Assembly (NCBI RefSeq): GCF_006345805.1 | Contig: NC_043002.1 | Coordinates: 81,778,001-81,842,000, forward strand | Length of the DNA stretch: 64,000 bases | Source of the DNA: Octopus sinensis | Taxonomy: Eukaryota | Reading direction: 5' to 3' | In this document: positions 48,885 to 62,569 of the stretch, in pieces | Layout: the number at the start of each line of letters is the position of its first letter | Position numbering within the stretch: position 1 is the first letter of the stretch | Program-made: the position numbers and the translations under genes | Notes under the pieces: model-generated | The model's input: the letters and a program-made list of their open reading frames with translations, nothing else | What the model was told of the DNA's origin: nothing | Database searches by the model: none

Positions 48885-49597
48885 AATATGTTTGTATGTA
48901 TCTATATTGTCTTTGCTGTTGTTTTTGTTTTTTTTTATTCCTCCTGCCATTTATTCATTTTACAAAATATCATAATTTCATTTGGAAATTACTTGGCAAG
49001 GAATTGTGCTTGAGAAAAATGTTCATTTATTTCTGGCTCAGGTTATCTGATTTCTACACATGAGCAAGTTAAAAGCTATAATTCATGTCTGCCTCTTTTA
49101 TCCACTGTTGCTCTTTCCTTTGGCTGAAGTCTTTCTGTTTCTTTGGCTCATTAACTTGTAATCAGTTTATAAACCTAATTCAAAATTATACTTAAGTTCT
49201 TATTCAGTGTTAGATAGATGACAGAAGAGAGAAGGGAATTCCTTATTTTATTTTATTTTATTTTTTCCTTTGCAGACCTCGATGTATTGTTCCTAGTACC
49301 CTCTTCATTCTTTCTCACCCCCATACGCCCATCCACCCTTTTCAGACTGTAAGAAGCAGCAGCATTATTGAGTCATAATCAGCCCCAACTAATCTTCTCA
49401 AGCAGACATAAAATAAACAGCTTATGCCAACTTGCTAGCAGATATAATGTTTATTATTCTGTTTTCTTCTTTCTAGTTTCTGTCTTTCTTTGTTGGTGTT
49501 CATATTAAACCTCATGACCTTAATAAAAATAAGAACTCACCAAGAGTGGATCTTTAGCTAATTCCTAGCAGGCCTGCTTAATTTAAATGTAAAAGAT

Positions 49598-49649
<52 letters not shown>

Positions 49650-50691
49650 ATATATATATGAGAAGAGAGATGTAGGGGTGGTGATGGAATAAATGGAAGA
49701 ATGTGTTATGCACTTCGCTTTGCCATCTGTGGAGCTGTTAAATGTTTCACATTAGTTTGTTTACAGTAGAGAAACGCAACAGTGTTTTATTGAATTCGCA
49801 AACACTAACACACACACTTTTCTTGAACACATTTCACGCTAACATTACTAGCGTTTTGATTTTGAGAAGGAAAAAAAAAAAAAATTTGAATTATTTTGGA
49901 ATGATTGCAGGGGAAATTAAAACATCAATTTTACCTATGTTCTCATTTCCTCAAGTGTCATAGTTCCTATTAATAGTACACATTCTGGGGTATAATCTCT
50001 AGCATTGATTTATTATTATTATTATTATTATTACCTTATATCATCATCTCTTTTAATTTCATGCAATTTATTTGATAGGAAATTTAATGAAAGATTTGAT
50101 ACGTTTTATTTTCCAGTTCAGTTCCTTTTATATGTGGTTTTGTCTGTGGTTTGAATTTCATTATCTTAATTCTACTGTTAATAGTCTTTAAGCTGTATCT
50201 ATCCTTGTGTTTTTTTGGGGTGGGGGTGGGGTAATATTTATGTATATGTAATATATTTTTTTTAATGTTGTTTCTTCGATCTATTCCTGAGGATGAACAT
50301 TTTAACACATCATTGATGTCTGATGTTGTTTTCCTTAATTGTTTTACTCCAGAAATGTTTCAATTCTATGAGAATAACCAAAATATCTATCAGCTTAAAA
50401 ACAGTAAATTAACAATGACTAAATGATATCCAGTATTTAATTAATATGGAGAGGGTTTGAAATAGTCCATTGTGTCTGTTAATATTATATATATATATAT
50501 ATATAAACATACAAAAAATGTTTGTTCACTCTCAGACTTATCTTTGAGTTCTTTGAACTTGGTTCCCCTTCCCACCAAATATATATATATACATACTCAC
50601 ACATAAATACATATATATGTATATATACATACTTATATGTATGTATATATATCCACACGTGTGTGTGTGTGTCTATATATATATATATATA

Positions 50692-51070
50692 TTTGGAGAG
50701 AAGATATTTTTTTTCAAAGAGATAAGATTGAGAAAAGAACCTTTTTAGACAGTTGAAAGGCACTAACCTTTCGACTTTTTATGGAAAGGGAAGAGAATGA
50801 CCTCCAGAAGGCAAAAGAAGAATATTTCATAAGATTTCTGAGTCCGAAGCTAAACCGGAAATAGTCAACAACAATTTTACTGAAAACAACTTTCACTATA
50901 TCTAATAACACGTGCTTGAAAATGCTAAGGACTAAAAGTGTTTGCACATCTATAAAAGCAAAAGCCACACACATTTTGTGAAATATCTTCCCAAAGGTTA
51001 GAACCTTTTGACTTTCTAAAAAGGTTCTTTTCCCAACCTTAACTCTTTGAGAAAAAATCTTCTCTCCAAA
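50692..51070 (+). mobile_element. Inverted-repeat element in (TA)n carrying a GIY-YIG-like C-terminal remnant (Penelope-like)
   Basis: Arms of about 80 bp at 50692-50773 and 50990-51070; the frame at 50781-50864 reads MEREENDLQKAKEEYFIRFLSPKLNRK*. Confidence 0.55.
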
Positions 51071-51079
51071 CACTCCAAA

Positions 51080-51127
<48 letters not shown>

Positions 51128-51544
51128 CATGGAAAGCGGACATTAAACGATGATGATGATGAAAAAATAATAATATTAGGGAGTATAACTCCAAACTTAC
51201 AGGGAAAAATTCAATTTAGCATTAAATCAAATTTCACAATGATAATATTATTATTGTTGTTGAATTGCACAATAGTGGTTTTATCTCTAATTTATATATA
51301 TATATATATATTTGTTTGTGCTGATTTTGTTGTACTGGCATGGGTAGGGCAAACCTTTCCGAGTTAATGCTTTAATGTCAGATCAATGTCTTTCTTGGCA
51401 CCAGCTCTTTTAATCACCTTTCATGACATCCAGTGATGCAGGGTACCTATTCTAGGTACCCTGCATCAGTTTTAGTCATTTACTTCATAGCAATGTTTAC
51501 TACAGAATTAGACAAAATGCTCTGCAATATTTGTTCCAGCTCCA

Positions 51545-52170
51545 AGGTAGTGGAGCTGGCAGGACTGTTAGCACACCAGACAAAATGAGCTACATTCTGA
51601 GTTCAAATCCCGCCGAGGTCAATAAAATAAGTGCAGTTGAACGCTAGGGTCGATGAAATTGACTTACCCCCCACCCAAACTTGCTGGCCTTGTGCCAAAA
51701 TTTGAAATCCATTATTTTTAAGGCAGTGAGCTGGCAGACTATTAGCATGCCAGATGAAATGCTTAGTTTTATTTCACCTGTTGCTATGTTCTGAGTTCAA
51801 ATTCCGCCGAGGTCAACTTTGCCTTTCATCCTTTTGGGGTCAATAAATTAAGTGCCAGTGAAACACTGGGGTCAATATAATCAACTAGTCCCCTCTCTCC
51901 AAATTTGAGGCGTTGTGCCTCCAGTGGAAAGGATTATTCTTATTATTATTGTTAAGGTGGCGAGCTGGCAGAATTGTTAGCGCACCGGACAAAATGCTTA
52001 CTGGTATTTCACCAATCACTACATTCTGAGTTCAAATTCTACTGAGGTTGACATTATCTTTCTTCCATTCAGGGTTGATGAAAGAAGTACCAGCTGGACA
52101 CTGGTGTTGATCTAATCAACTGAACACATCCTCTGAAATTACTGCCCTTGTGGCAACATTTGAAACTATT
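51545..52170 (+). mobile_element. Three head-to-tail SINE-B copies joined by (ATT)n
   Basis: Heads GAGCTGGCAG near 51552, 51728 and 51962; each ends with a TTTGAAA/GGATTATT tail. Confidence 0.9.
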
Positions 52171-52744
52171 ATTATTATTATTATTGTTGTTGTTATTATT
52201 ATTATTATTATTAACTTCAGCTAAGTCCTAAAGCTAATTTATCATTTAAGTATCAACATTTATCATTTGATTAATGAATCTTAAATAGAATCATCAGTTT
52301 CATATTAGAAGATTATTTGATTAAACCAGAAAATGATGTTGTGAGAAGTTGTATTAAATTTATTGCTTATTATTGTTGTTATTTTTTTCTCTTGATCTTT
52401 TAAATACTTTTGTATGTCTATCAATTAGTTTATTTATAGATTTGCTAATAAGTCTCTGTTTCTATATTTTATATTGTTGTTAATGCTAGCTTTAAAAGAA
52501 AAGAAAGAAGAAAACGGTTTTTAAATACCATTTAAAAGCATATATCTTTTTAAATTGTAAGTTTTTCCGTTATTAAGGTTGTTAATATAAAGAAAGTCTA
52601 TACTATTATAATAGATTTATAGTTATTTATCAGAAGTCATTGGTAAAAGTCATTGAATTAATTTGGTGTATGAATCAATGTGTTTCGTTGTCTTCATTGC
52701 TCTCGTTATTATCATTTTAATGTTTGTTTTCTTATGTTCACACG

Positions 52745-52920
52745 CAGGCCTGTCTTAGCCACATTTATAGGCCCATGGACAAGTCACTGCATTGGGCTTT
52801 ACCATATTTATTTATTGATAACAAACCAAAGCATACATAGTTTAGAGTTAGGCCTCTAAGATTCATGAGGCCCCCAGGCAAGTGCCCTGTATGCCCATCC
52901 CATGTCTTCAAATGGTACTG
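52745..52920. mobile_element. Possible degenerate hAT-like MITE
   Basis: CAGGCCTGTCTT start and GGCCCCCAGGCAAGTGCCC...GGTACTG end; no TSD visible. Confidence 0.35.
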
Positions 52921-53267
52921 CTTGTATGGCACAGATAAAATTTATTGAGGCACATTTCCTATGACCTAATACTCTTCTCGTAGCCAGCCCTCACCTGTTT
53001 CCAGTCCAAGCAAGACAGTATTTTCTGCTAGTCTTGTCAGAACATATTTTCACAGGAGGTGGCCAAAATCCAACACCTTTTGTATGATGGTTACATTTGT
53101 TTACAATTTAGTGCAATGTTCAGACATTGAAAAGGGGACATAATGATGCTGCTGCTGCTGATGATGATAACAATGAGGATGAATGAAAAATATTCTGCTC
53201 CTTAATGAAGAGAGAAATATATACTCTGGCAATAGTCCAAAGATGAAGGTGGTACACACATTCTTTT

Positions 53268-53470
53268 ATTCTTTTACTTGTTTCAGTCATTTGACTGCGG
53301 CCATGCTGGAGCACAGCCTTGAAGTGTTTTTTGTCGAACAAGTCAACCCCAGGACTTATTTTTAAGCCTGGTACTTATACTATTGGTTTCTTTGCTGAAC
53401 CATTTAGTTACAGGGACATAAATGCACTAACACCAGTTGTCAAGTGATGACGATGGGGAGGACAAAGACA
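53268..53470 (-). mobile_element. SINE-A 3' half
   Basis: CTTTTACTTGTTTCAGTCATTTGACTGCGGCCATGCTGGAGCAC. Confidence 0.9.
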
Positions 53471-53507
53471 CACACACTTACACACATAATACATATATAT
53501 ATATATA

Positions 53508-53694
53508 TCATCATCATCATCATCGTTTAACATCCGTTTTCCACACTAGCATGGGTTGGACGGTTCGACCGGGGTCTGGGAAGCCAGGGGCTGCACCAGG
53601 CTCCAGTCTGATCTGGCAGAGTTTCTACAGCTGGATGCCCTTCCTAACGCCAACCATTCCGCGAGTGTAGTGGGTGCTTTTTACATGCCACCTG
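53508..53694 (-). mobile_element. Young RTE-like tail module
   Basis: (CAT)n-CGTTTAACATCCG...CTACAGCTGGATGCCCTTCCTAACGCCAACC. Confidence 0.88.
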
Positions 53695-53695
53695 C

Positions 53696-53742
<47 letters not shown>

Positions 53743-53935
53743 TATATATATAAGTGTGATGAAAGAACTCTGGCCGAAATACAATTAATATAAAATAAAG
53801 CTGAAGCAAGTAAACACCAAATATATAGTGCGTGTGTGTTTTCATTGGCTAAACTGGCAACATGACCATCCCCAAATACAATCTGTTCCAACACACAAAT
53901 TCACATCGAGATTATTGCAAAACGAATTTATAAAC

Positions 53936-53999
<64 letters not shown>

Positions 54000-54322
54000 T
54001 ATATATAGAGATTGATAGATAGATAGATAGATAGATAGATGACAAGAAAGCAATTTTAAAGCAGGGATAGTAATGTCTTTTGTATTTTTAAGGGTTCTCT
54101 GCTTCTCCCATACAACCATCTTTAAAACAGTTCTGGTCAGATATATAATATATTTTATGTTTCAATGTTGAAATATGGATTCATTTCACATTCTATTGGG
54201 GTTTCATTTGAACCATATCTTTTATAGAAGAGACAGGAAAATGTATTTAAAAAAAAATAATAAAAGAGAAAAAAATGAAACAAAGAGGATGGAAATTTTT
54301 TTAACAATTTATTATTCATTCC

Positions 54323-54369
<47 letters not shown>

Positions 54370-55599
54370 CACCCTCAACAGCTTTCGCTGCATATTCATA
54401 ACCAGTTGGCTTTGTTATTTTTACATATTTACATTTTGTCATGACAGATTCTAGTGAACCTGGGTTTTTAGACATCTGTTTTGTCAATGTCAACACTCAA
54501 TACATCATTTAAACTTGTGAACATTGGTTATTTCAGAGTTATTACTTTTATATGTAGTCAATGATTCACAATGCTTCTGCTGATAATGATGCTGATGATG
54601 ATAATAATAATAATAATTCTAACCGTGTACGTGCTTTCATTGTCTTCTCTGCATTTTTTTAAAATGCACACACACACACACACACACCTTATTTGAAACA
54701 TATTGGGTAACAAATCTCCTGATGGTTCTTGGAAATTTGTGCTGTGCTAGTTGCATTTGGAATTATCAATCTGCTTCCTCACTGCCTGCCCTGCCCCCAC
54801 CCCCATCCCCGTTTGTCATTCACACCGCAAGGGTTTTAAAGAATTTCTATACAGTTATATGGCATTTCTTTCTCTCTCTCTCTCTCTCGCTCACAAAGTC
54901 AAATAGAAAATGAGAAAAATATAGGTTCAGCGAACAGGTCATACATAGTAAATGTACAGAAACATTTTTTGTTAGTAGTAACAAAACTGAAATAATAAAC
55001 AAATGAATAATTAATTAACACTGCTTGTAGTAATTAATTGGAAAATTGGACAACATGATGTTAAATGAATGACTGAATGAATTATAGCCATCCTCATAAA
55101 TGAGCATCTTAGGGACCTCAGATATGACCATGTTTCCACCAGTGTTCTCTCCCCAACCAGTCCTTACTGTCTTTGTCATCTATTTTCTGTTCCCCCTAAC
55201 TCCCAAAAATATGAGCACATGACCTAAATATTGCAGCTTATATATTTCCAGTTCCTTACAAAACATTTGATTTTTTTTTTCTTTCAATTCTTTGATATTC
55301 CTTATTCTGAACTAATGTATGATCTCATACATTTACTAAGAGTTTCTTTCATTACTATTTTGGTAAAGTGAAAACTTAATATAGTTCTGAGGTCAGAACA
55401 AAATTGAAACATGATCAGGGTTGTCTTCTGTACTTGTTTAGAAAATTGAAATAATATTAGTTGTTGACTAGGAATTCTGCAGAAGTTTAAGAAAGCATGT
55501 TCTTGTTGCATCATTATTGTCCATATCCTGAGAACACCCAGGGATGGCTGGGATGTTAGCTGCAGATTGAACATTCAAAGTAGTTGAATCTATCTCTTC

Positions 55600-55935
55600 C
55601 ACAACAAGTGGTTGTGTGGTAAGAAGCTTGCTTCCCACCACATGGTTCTAGATTCAATCCCACTGCATGGCACCTTGGGTAAGTGTCTTCTACTATAGCC
55701 TCAAGCTGACCAAAGTCTTGTGAGTGGATTTTCTAGACAGAAACTGAAAGAAAGGCGAGCTGGCAGAATCATAAGCATGCTGGACGAAATGCTTAGTGGT
55801 ATTTCATCTGTCTTTACGTTCTGAGTTCAAATTCCGCCAAGGTCGACTTTGCCGTTCATCCTTTTGGGATCATAAATTAAGTACTAGTTGCGTACAGGGG
55901 TTGGCCTAATCAACTGGCCCTCTCCTCCAAAATTT
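55600..55935 (+). mobile_element. SINE-A head followed by a SINE-B
   Basis: The A head ends at GAAACTGAAAGA and is directly followed by AAGGCGAGCTGGCAGAATC. Confidence 0.85.
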
Positions 55936-57292
55936 TAAATGATGTAGCTGTTTGCCATTACTTCAAGATTAGTCCAGGATAGCTTCTTGTCAGCCTATTT
56001 GTGATTGTAAGACCACCTTTCATCAACTTGTCTTTCTACCTTTGTTGCAGTCCTGGATTAATTGTAAGCCTAAGTAGGATATTTCAGTGTCTGAAAATGT
56101 TGACAAGCATTCATTGGACTCTACCAGCTGAGCAATACAGTTGGTAGAAACAAAGGTCCTTAGCATAGCAGTTGTTAAAGGGTGGCACTTGGGATAAGTG
56201 CACAGCCAACCCCACTGAAGCAAAATTTGTGTTTATCATTCTGCTGTTGATAAAAGTAAGCAATAGTCAATATGACTTGCTTTTTCCCCTCTTCAAAATG
56301 TGTGGTCTTGTAGTTTACTGGTAGATATCAGTATTATTGGTATATTATTTCATATTTACTTTGTATAATCCTTCTCATGTTTCCTGCTATTTGGTTCTTT
56401 TAAATGCTATAAAAAAAAATAAAATAAAACAGCTTATTCCTGGTGTACTGAGTCATAGCTTGAATATTACTACCCCAGCACTACTCTAATATTTACATAG
56501 ATTTTTTTTCACTTGATAATTTTGATATAGAGGGAGTGGTAGTCTCTGAACTGACACTCAAGACTAAAATTGGTTTACTTCCTCACGCTGGGATCTTCCT
56601 ATCACTAATTTACCATTCACTTCATCTTGTGAAAGTATTGGTTTGTTCCTAGCAATGTAATTCTTACTCTAAAATGCTTGCTGTAAAAATTAATGTTGCC
56701 CAACCTTCCTCGAGTAAATTTGATTTTCATACAAGATTCCCAAACATAGACTGAGAAAATACTCAATCCAGCCCCAACTTCCTCTGCTGGAAATATTTGC
56801 TAATATATAAACCTTTTGCCGTGTGCTTCTGTAAAACGATGCCTTATTTCACCCTAGCGTATAATGGATTGTTCTCCATGCTTCACTCATTAGATTCCAG
56901 CCATGCTGGAGCACCTGCTGTAATAGTTGAGCCAATCACATCATGCTATTCATTTCTACGATTCCTATTTATGGAGCAAGTGATTTAAAAGAACACAGCA
57001 TTGATGTAAAGACACACATGTGCATGCACACGCGGCTGGTTTCTGCTCAGGTTCTGTTTAGATAGATACGAGAGTGAGTTAGATATGATAAAGCAATTCA
57101 GTTTAGGTATTGTTACATGTATGTAATAATACATTTTGGACACAGTGGAAACTGCTTTTATTATAGTCGCAGCTAATACCATCAACCAGTTATTGTTATC
57201 AAAATTAGTGGTCCCCACAATCTTTATGTGCTTAATGTTATCAACCAGTTATTGAAAAGACTTTGTTTCAATGTTATCACAGTTTCCATTAT

Positions 57293-57328
<36 letters not shown>

Positions 57329-57331
57329 ATG

Positions 57332-57379
<48 letters not shown>

Positions 57380-57669
57380 TAAAGCAGTGGTAATGGTTGG
57401 GAGAGTTCACAAGCAGCTTAGAGTTACATGCTTTCTGCTTTAACACTTTAATATTTTATTCTTCTATTCAAATGTTGCTGGGGGTCAATATTGCTGGGAA
57501 GCAATAAAATAAGATACTGGGATCAACTATAGCCCTTCATTTTACAGAAATGGCCTTGAGCCTTGGCAAAAGAAATCTTTATTATATTATATGCTACACC
57601 ATTCTCATTTTATAGTTGAATAGGAGGAGTCCTTTGTTAGGAAGAATAACAAACAATGGTGGATATATA

Positions 57670-57765
57670 GTGTTGTAAGGTTAAGCTGCTGGACTACTGA
57701 ACACAGGGTCACAAGTTCAAACCCTACTACAGTCATTGTCTTTTTTTATATTGTTTTGGGTTGTT
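57670..57765 (+). mobile_element. Decayed tRNA-derived head of a further SINE family
   Basis: GTGTTGTAAGGTTAAG...GGGTCACAAGTTCAAACCC; no intact cloverleaf. Confidence 0.45.
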
Positions 57766-58519
57766 GTTACTATTCTCCCTTCTCTTCTTCTCTAGTCTGC
57801 CTGGCTGTAAAGAAAGATGCCACCCCCACTTTCTGCTTGAGTGGTTAATGGTATGAAAGTGTATTCAGCTGTAAAAATAATTGCTCCAATAGTTCATATG
57901 CAAATATCTAAATTTGCAAGAAAAAGAGCAAAAACAGAACAAAAACAGAAACAAAAACAAAAAAAAAACTTCCACCCATCTCCCTCCCTTCCTCCATCCA
58001 TCCATGTTGGCAGCTTGGAACAATGGTTGTAAAATCGCATTGTTGTTTATTTGTTTTTGGTTCTCAAAGTAAAATAATAACAATAGTAATAATAATAATA
58101 ATAATAATATAATAATAATAAATAAAATAAAATAAAATAAAAGAAAGGAAGGACATCAAAATGGTAAAGCTGTTACCTGTCATAAGATTGATTGCTTACC
58201 ATTGTTTTAATGTTTAGGTTTTGTTTTTGCTGTTGACACCAATTAGACAATTCCTGTCTCTCTGTCTGTCAGTCCCCATTCAGCTCTTATCATTATTATT
58301 ATTATTATCATTATTATTGTTAAAACTAGCAATCTTGGTTAGCATAACAGGAATTAGGGTTAGTATTAGATATTATAATTTATTTATATTTTACCATGAA
58401 CTATTTTAAACTAAAAAAAAAAAGTAGGATTTTTAAAGAGTTGACTCGTCTGTTGTCTTATCACAGATAATGTAAAAAAAGAAATGTGATTTAACAACAG
58501 CGAAGAAAGATGCCAAACC

Positions 58520-58780
58520 TAAGGTGTGGCTGTGTGGTAAGAAGCTTGTTTCTCAACTACATGGCTCTAGGTTCAGTCCCATTGTGTGGCACCTTGGGCA
58601 AGTATCTTCTAGTCTAGTCCCATGCCAACCAAATCCTTGCAAGTGGATTTGAGAGACACAAAATGAAAGAAGCCTTTGTGGGTGTGTGTAAAAAGCACCC
58701 AGCACACTCTGTAAAGTGGTTCGTATTAGGAAGGGCATCTAGCTGTAGAAACCAAATCAAACCAAATGAAAACAGACAAA
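58520..58780 (+). mobile_element. SINE with an A head and RTE-like tail
   Basis: The head is followed by GGAAGGGCATCTAGCTGTAGAAACC. Confidence 0.75.
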
Positions 58781-58872
58781 TGAATGAGACTCCAATAAGT
58801 TTCGAAAATCAATTTAAGTTACTCATCATTTTTTCCCAATCTATGAATACATATATATATATATATATATAT

Positions 58873-59246
58873 AGGCACAGGAGTGGCTGTGTGGTAAGTA
58901 GCTTGCTTACCAACCACATGGTTCCGGGTTCAGTCCCACTACATGGCACCTTGGGCAAGTGTGTTCTACTATAGCCTCGGGCCGAACAAAGCCTTGTGAG
59001 TGGATTTGGTAGACGGAAACTGAAAGAAGCCCGTTGTATATATGTGTGTGTGTCTGTGTTTGTCCCCCTAGCATTGCTTGACAACCGATGCTGGTGTGTT
59101 TATGTCCCTGTTACTTAGCGGTTCGGCAAAAGAGACCGATAGAATAAGTACAAGGCTTACAAATAAGTACAAGGCTTACAAAGAATAAGTCCCGGTGCCC
59201 CAGCATGGCCGCAGTCAAATGACTGAAACAAGTAAAAGAGAAAAGA
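58873..59246 (+). mobile_element. Young SINE-A with a 19-bp internal duplication and a deletion
   Basis: Matches 7144-7597; AATAAGTACAAGGCTTACA occurs twice at 59143-59180. Confidence 0.95.
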
Positions 59247-60493
59247 GAGAAAGAGATATATACATACATATATATATATATAGATAGATAGATATATCAA
59301 TGAGTACATGTTTGTCTTCCACTACTGCATGACAAACTAGCGTTGGTTTGTTTACATCCTTGTAACTTTTCAGTTTGGTAATGTGGGGCAATAGAATAAT
59401 TACTGGGGGGTTGATTTGTTTGGAGGTGGTGCTCCAGCTTGGCCGCAGTCCCATGACAGGAACAAAGGCAAAGGATTAAAATTCTCCATCTGTCTGTCTC
59501 TGTCTCTCTCTGTTTCATTTGTTTTTCTAATTCTTGCTGTATGCGTTTATATGTTACACTTTCACATGCATAACTTATATCTCTGTATACACAGAAACAC
59601 AAATGATGCATTTTTACTATTAGTATTGGCTGGTATTATCGACTTCGTATTTGAGGAAAACACATTTACATCTTGTTGTTAGTTAGTTTTACTTTGTTGT
59701 TGTTATTATTTATTTCGAATGGCTTTTCCAATATGACTATTTCTTTGCCTCATCATTATCAATTTATCAAACCTTTTTCCTATTAACATTTTTTTTTCTG
59801 CAACTCCCTTACCTGATGGGAATTGTGTGTATAGACGGAGTTACTCATGTCTTATTATTTATTCCTTATATATTGTCAGCACCCTTTCACATAACTTTTC
59901 TCTTTCTTATGCTACTGTAAGGATTTGAAAATTTATTTTAATTTTTTTTTTTTTTTTTTCCCAATAAAATTTTATCTATATTGCATTGAATAATATTAGA
60001 TTTGAGTTGAGATTTCAGATTTTTCAACACTGGAGCAAATTTGAAAATTTTCTGACTAAATTATCTATAAACTGCATATATCTAAATCCAAATGTTGTTG
60101 TATTTTTATATTTTCGGATGGGAAAATCTTGCGAAGTTTTAATTTAATTTATTCATTGAACTTGAGACATTGTCTGATGTTGCTGTTATATTTTTTTTTT
60201 CTTTCTAATAGTCAAGTTATAAACATATATACATACCTGAAGAGCAGCATTGTTATCTCAGCATCTCCTTCTTCTCCTCCTCATTCTCTTCCTCCTCTTT
60301 CCTCCTTATTTTTCTTCTTTATACTTGAAGATGGAAAAATACACATTCGTTTGCCAATTAAATGTAAGATTGTCAACCACCGTTCTTCCTGCCCACCCTT
60401 TCAAAAATATATCCTTAAAAATGATTTTATTTTTTTAATCTTTTTCTTTTACACTTGCACACAAATGCATATATACATATATAACAAATAAAG

Positions 60494-60535
<42 letters not shown>

Positions 60536-60757
60536 GACAGACATACAGCTATTTTTAATGGGTTGTGAGATTATAGGCCATTTATTTGGATAAATGCTAG
60601 TACTGCATTAGTTTAATGCCTGAAGGCTAATCAAATTTGAGGGAGCGATGTAGCTGTTGGCAGGTTTGGACCAATTATATTTCAGAATGCTGTTGTAAGG
60701 TTCCTGTTAGCTTTCCATGCTTATAGTGTGTTCCATGACTGTGTAAGCTCTTTCTTT

Positions 60758-60858
60758 TAACACAAGCCCCGCTGCTGTTTGTAGCCAGCAGGCATCATTT
60801 TCGGTGGCTAACACAAGACTTACTGCTGTTTGTAGCCAGCAGGCATTATTTCCGTGGA
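60758..60858. repeat. Two-unit 51-bp tandem duplication
   Basis: TAACACAAG...CTGCTGTTTGTAGCCAGCAGGCAT starts at 60758 and 60809. Confidence 0.9.
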
Positions 60859-61544
60859 TGAGAGAAAAGAAAGTAAGGAAAGAGAATGGAAAAAAATATA
60901 TATATAAAAAATATATAAAGGAAAAAAGAAACAAGAAACCAAAATGAGATTTAAATAAAAAAAAATAAAGAACATAGTTATAATAAATAAAAATGTATAT
61001 ATGTTTATATAAAAAAAATGTAAACTTTAAAAAAAATACGAAAGGAAAAAACATATATTGTATCATAGCTGCAGGCGGTTCACTTAGGCATGGAACTCTT
61101 TAACCCATGTTGAAAATGGCTTGAGGCTTTAGAAATTGTTTCATTCAAGGCTAGTGGATAACAGTTCCCTATTGCAAAATCTCTCACTCTCATTCTCTCT
61201 TTCTCTCTCTCCCCTCTTCTCCACTCTCTCTCTCTCTCTCTCTCTCTCTGCCTATCCCTCTCTCTCAAGATGTTTTCGTCTCCCGCACCCATTTTAAGAT
61301 TGCAAAGTGCTAGGTTATCTACACTCTCCCAAGAACCCCCTCTCCTCCCTTCTGCATCCCACCAAAATTTATTTCTTAGTTTTATTATCATCTTTTTTCT
61401 TTAAATTATTCAATCAATAACTTGGTGATGAAAAAAAAAAAAAATTCATCTAATATAATCAATCTTGAAATACAGTTTGTAATTCAATATTTGCAAGAAC
61501 CAAATTCATACCAGCTTGTTTTGCCTTCTTTTAACCAAGTTTAA

Positions 61545-61790
61545 CTCCTTTGTTGTTCTTGCTGCTGTCATTGCCATCATTAGAGTTATGCCTCTTGGTT
61601 TTGAGAGTAACTACAATGGCAGGCCTACCCCCCCACTCCACCCCATCTCTGCATTTAAAGGTTGTTCTTTGCCTGTTTGCTAACTTCCTTTGGTTTGGTG
61701 AGGACATATTCCTTCACTCATTACACGCAGTCCTCTTCCATTTCTTCCCCACCAAAAGTGCTGCTAGAGCCAATCGCCAAAGCATATGTT
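61545..61790 (+). pseudogene. Ancient CR1-like LINE C-terminal relic
   Basis: AACTACAATGGC (xYNG) and CATTACACGCAGTCC (HYTQS) echo the recalled CR1 pattern FYRYYNG...HYxQSFFP; frames are broken. Confidence 0.35.
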
Positions 61791-62154
61791 AGAATTAGGA
61801 ATATTTGGTTCCGTGTTTGGTGATCAAGATGGTTGTTAGAATAAAACTGTTTCTAGCACAGAAAAATCTATTGATCTGTCCACAAGAGAGATACAGTATG
61901 TTTGAAAATAAAATAAAACAAAACATAAAAATACATAGGGGAAAAAAATAAAATAAAGGAAATAAAAAATGTATCTATTGGACTGTTTTCACCTTCACTA
62001 TATTATCATTTCTTTGAAGTCTTGGAGTGCTGCTAAATGTAGTGTGACAATCAATATTGTGTTTGTCCACTTGACAAGCTGTTCATTACATTTCCATGCT
62101 AATTTTAGTAGGAAATGACCTTAATTTCATAGGCTTAATAACTTTTATACCATT

Positions 62155-62224
<70 letters not shown>

Positions 62225-62569
62225 TTGTACGTGTGTGTATAGGGTTATGAGAAATTAAATTAGCTCCAATTCTGAAAACTCATTTATTATCTTGTCAGGG
62301 ACTGAAATGCACACACACATACACAGAGAGAATAAAACGGCAGTGAAAAAGGGATATTAGTGTATTTACTTATATACTTAAGACACACATGTATATATAT
62401 ATATATGTATATGTATATATTCATAAAGTCTGTGTTCGTTCTGTGTTTGCTTGTCTATCTGGTTGTGTGTGTTTTTTGTGATAGGTCAAAAAGATTAAAA
62501 GATATCATTATGTATATATCAGTTAAATGCAACATCTGTTTAAAGTGGTTTGAATGAGTGAGACTAGAG

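Noticed and set aside
56119-56133. Minus-strand GCTCAGCTGGTAGAG resembling a tRNA D-arm
   Set aside because: No T-arm or acceptor stem follows.
60238-60323. Minus-strand exon-like segment with a CAG|GTATG donor
   Set aside because: Purine-rich low-complexity sequence with stops in all frames and no other support.
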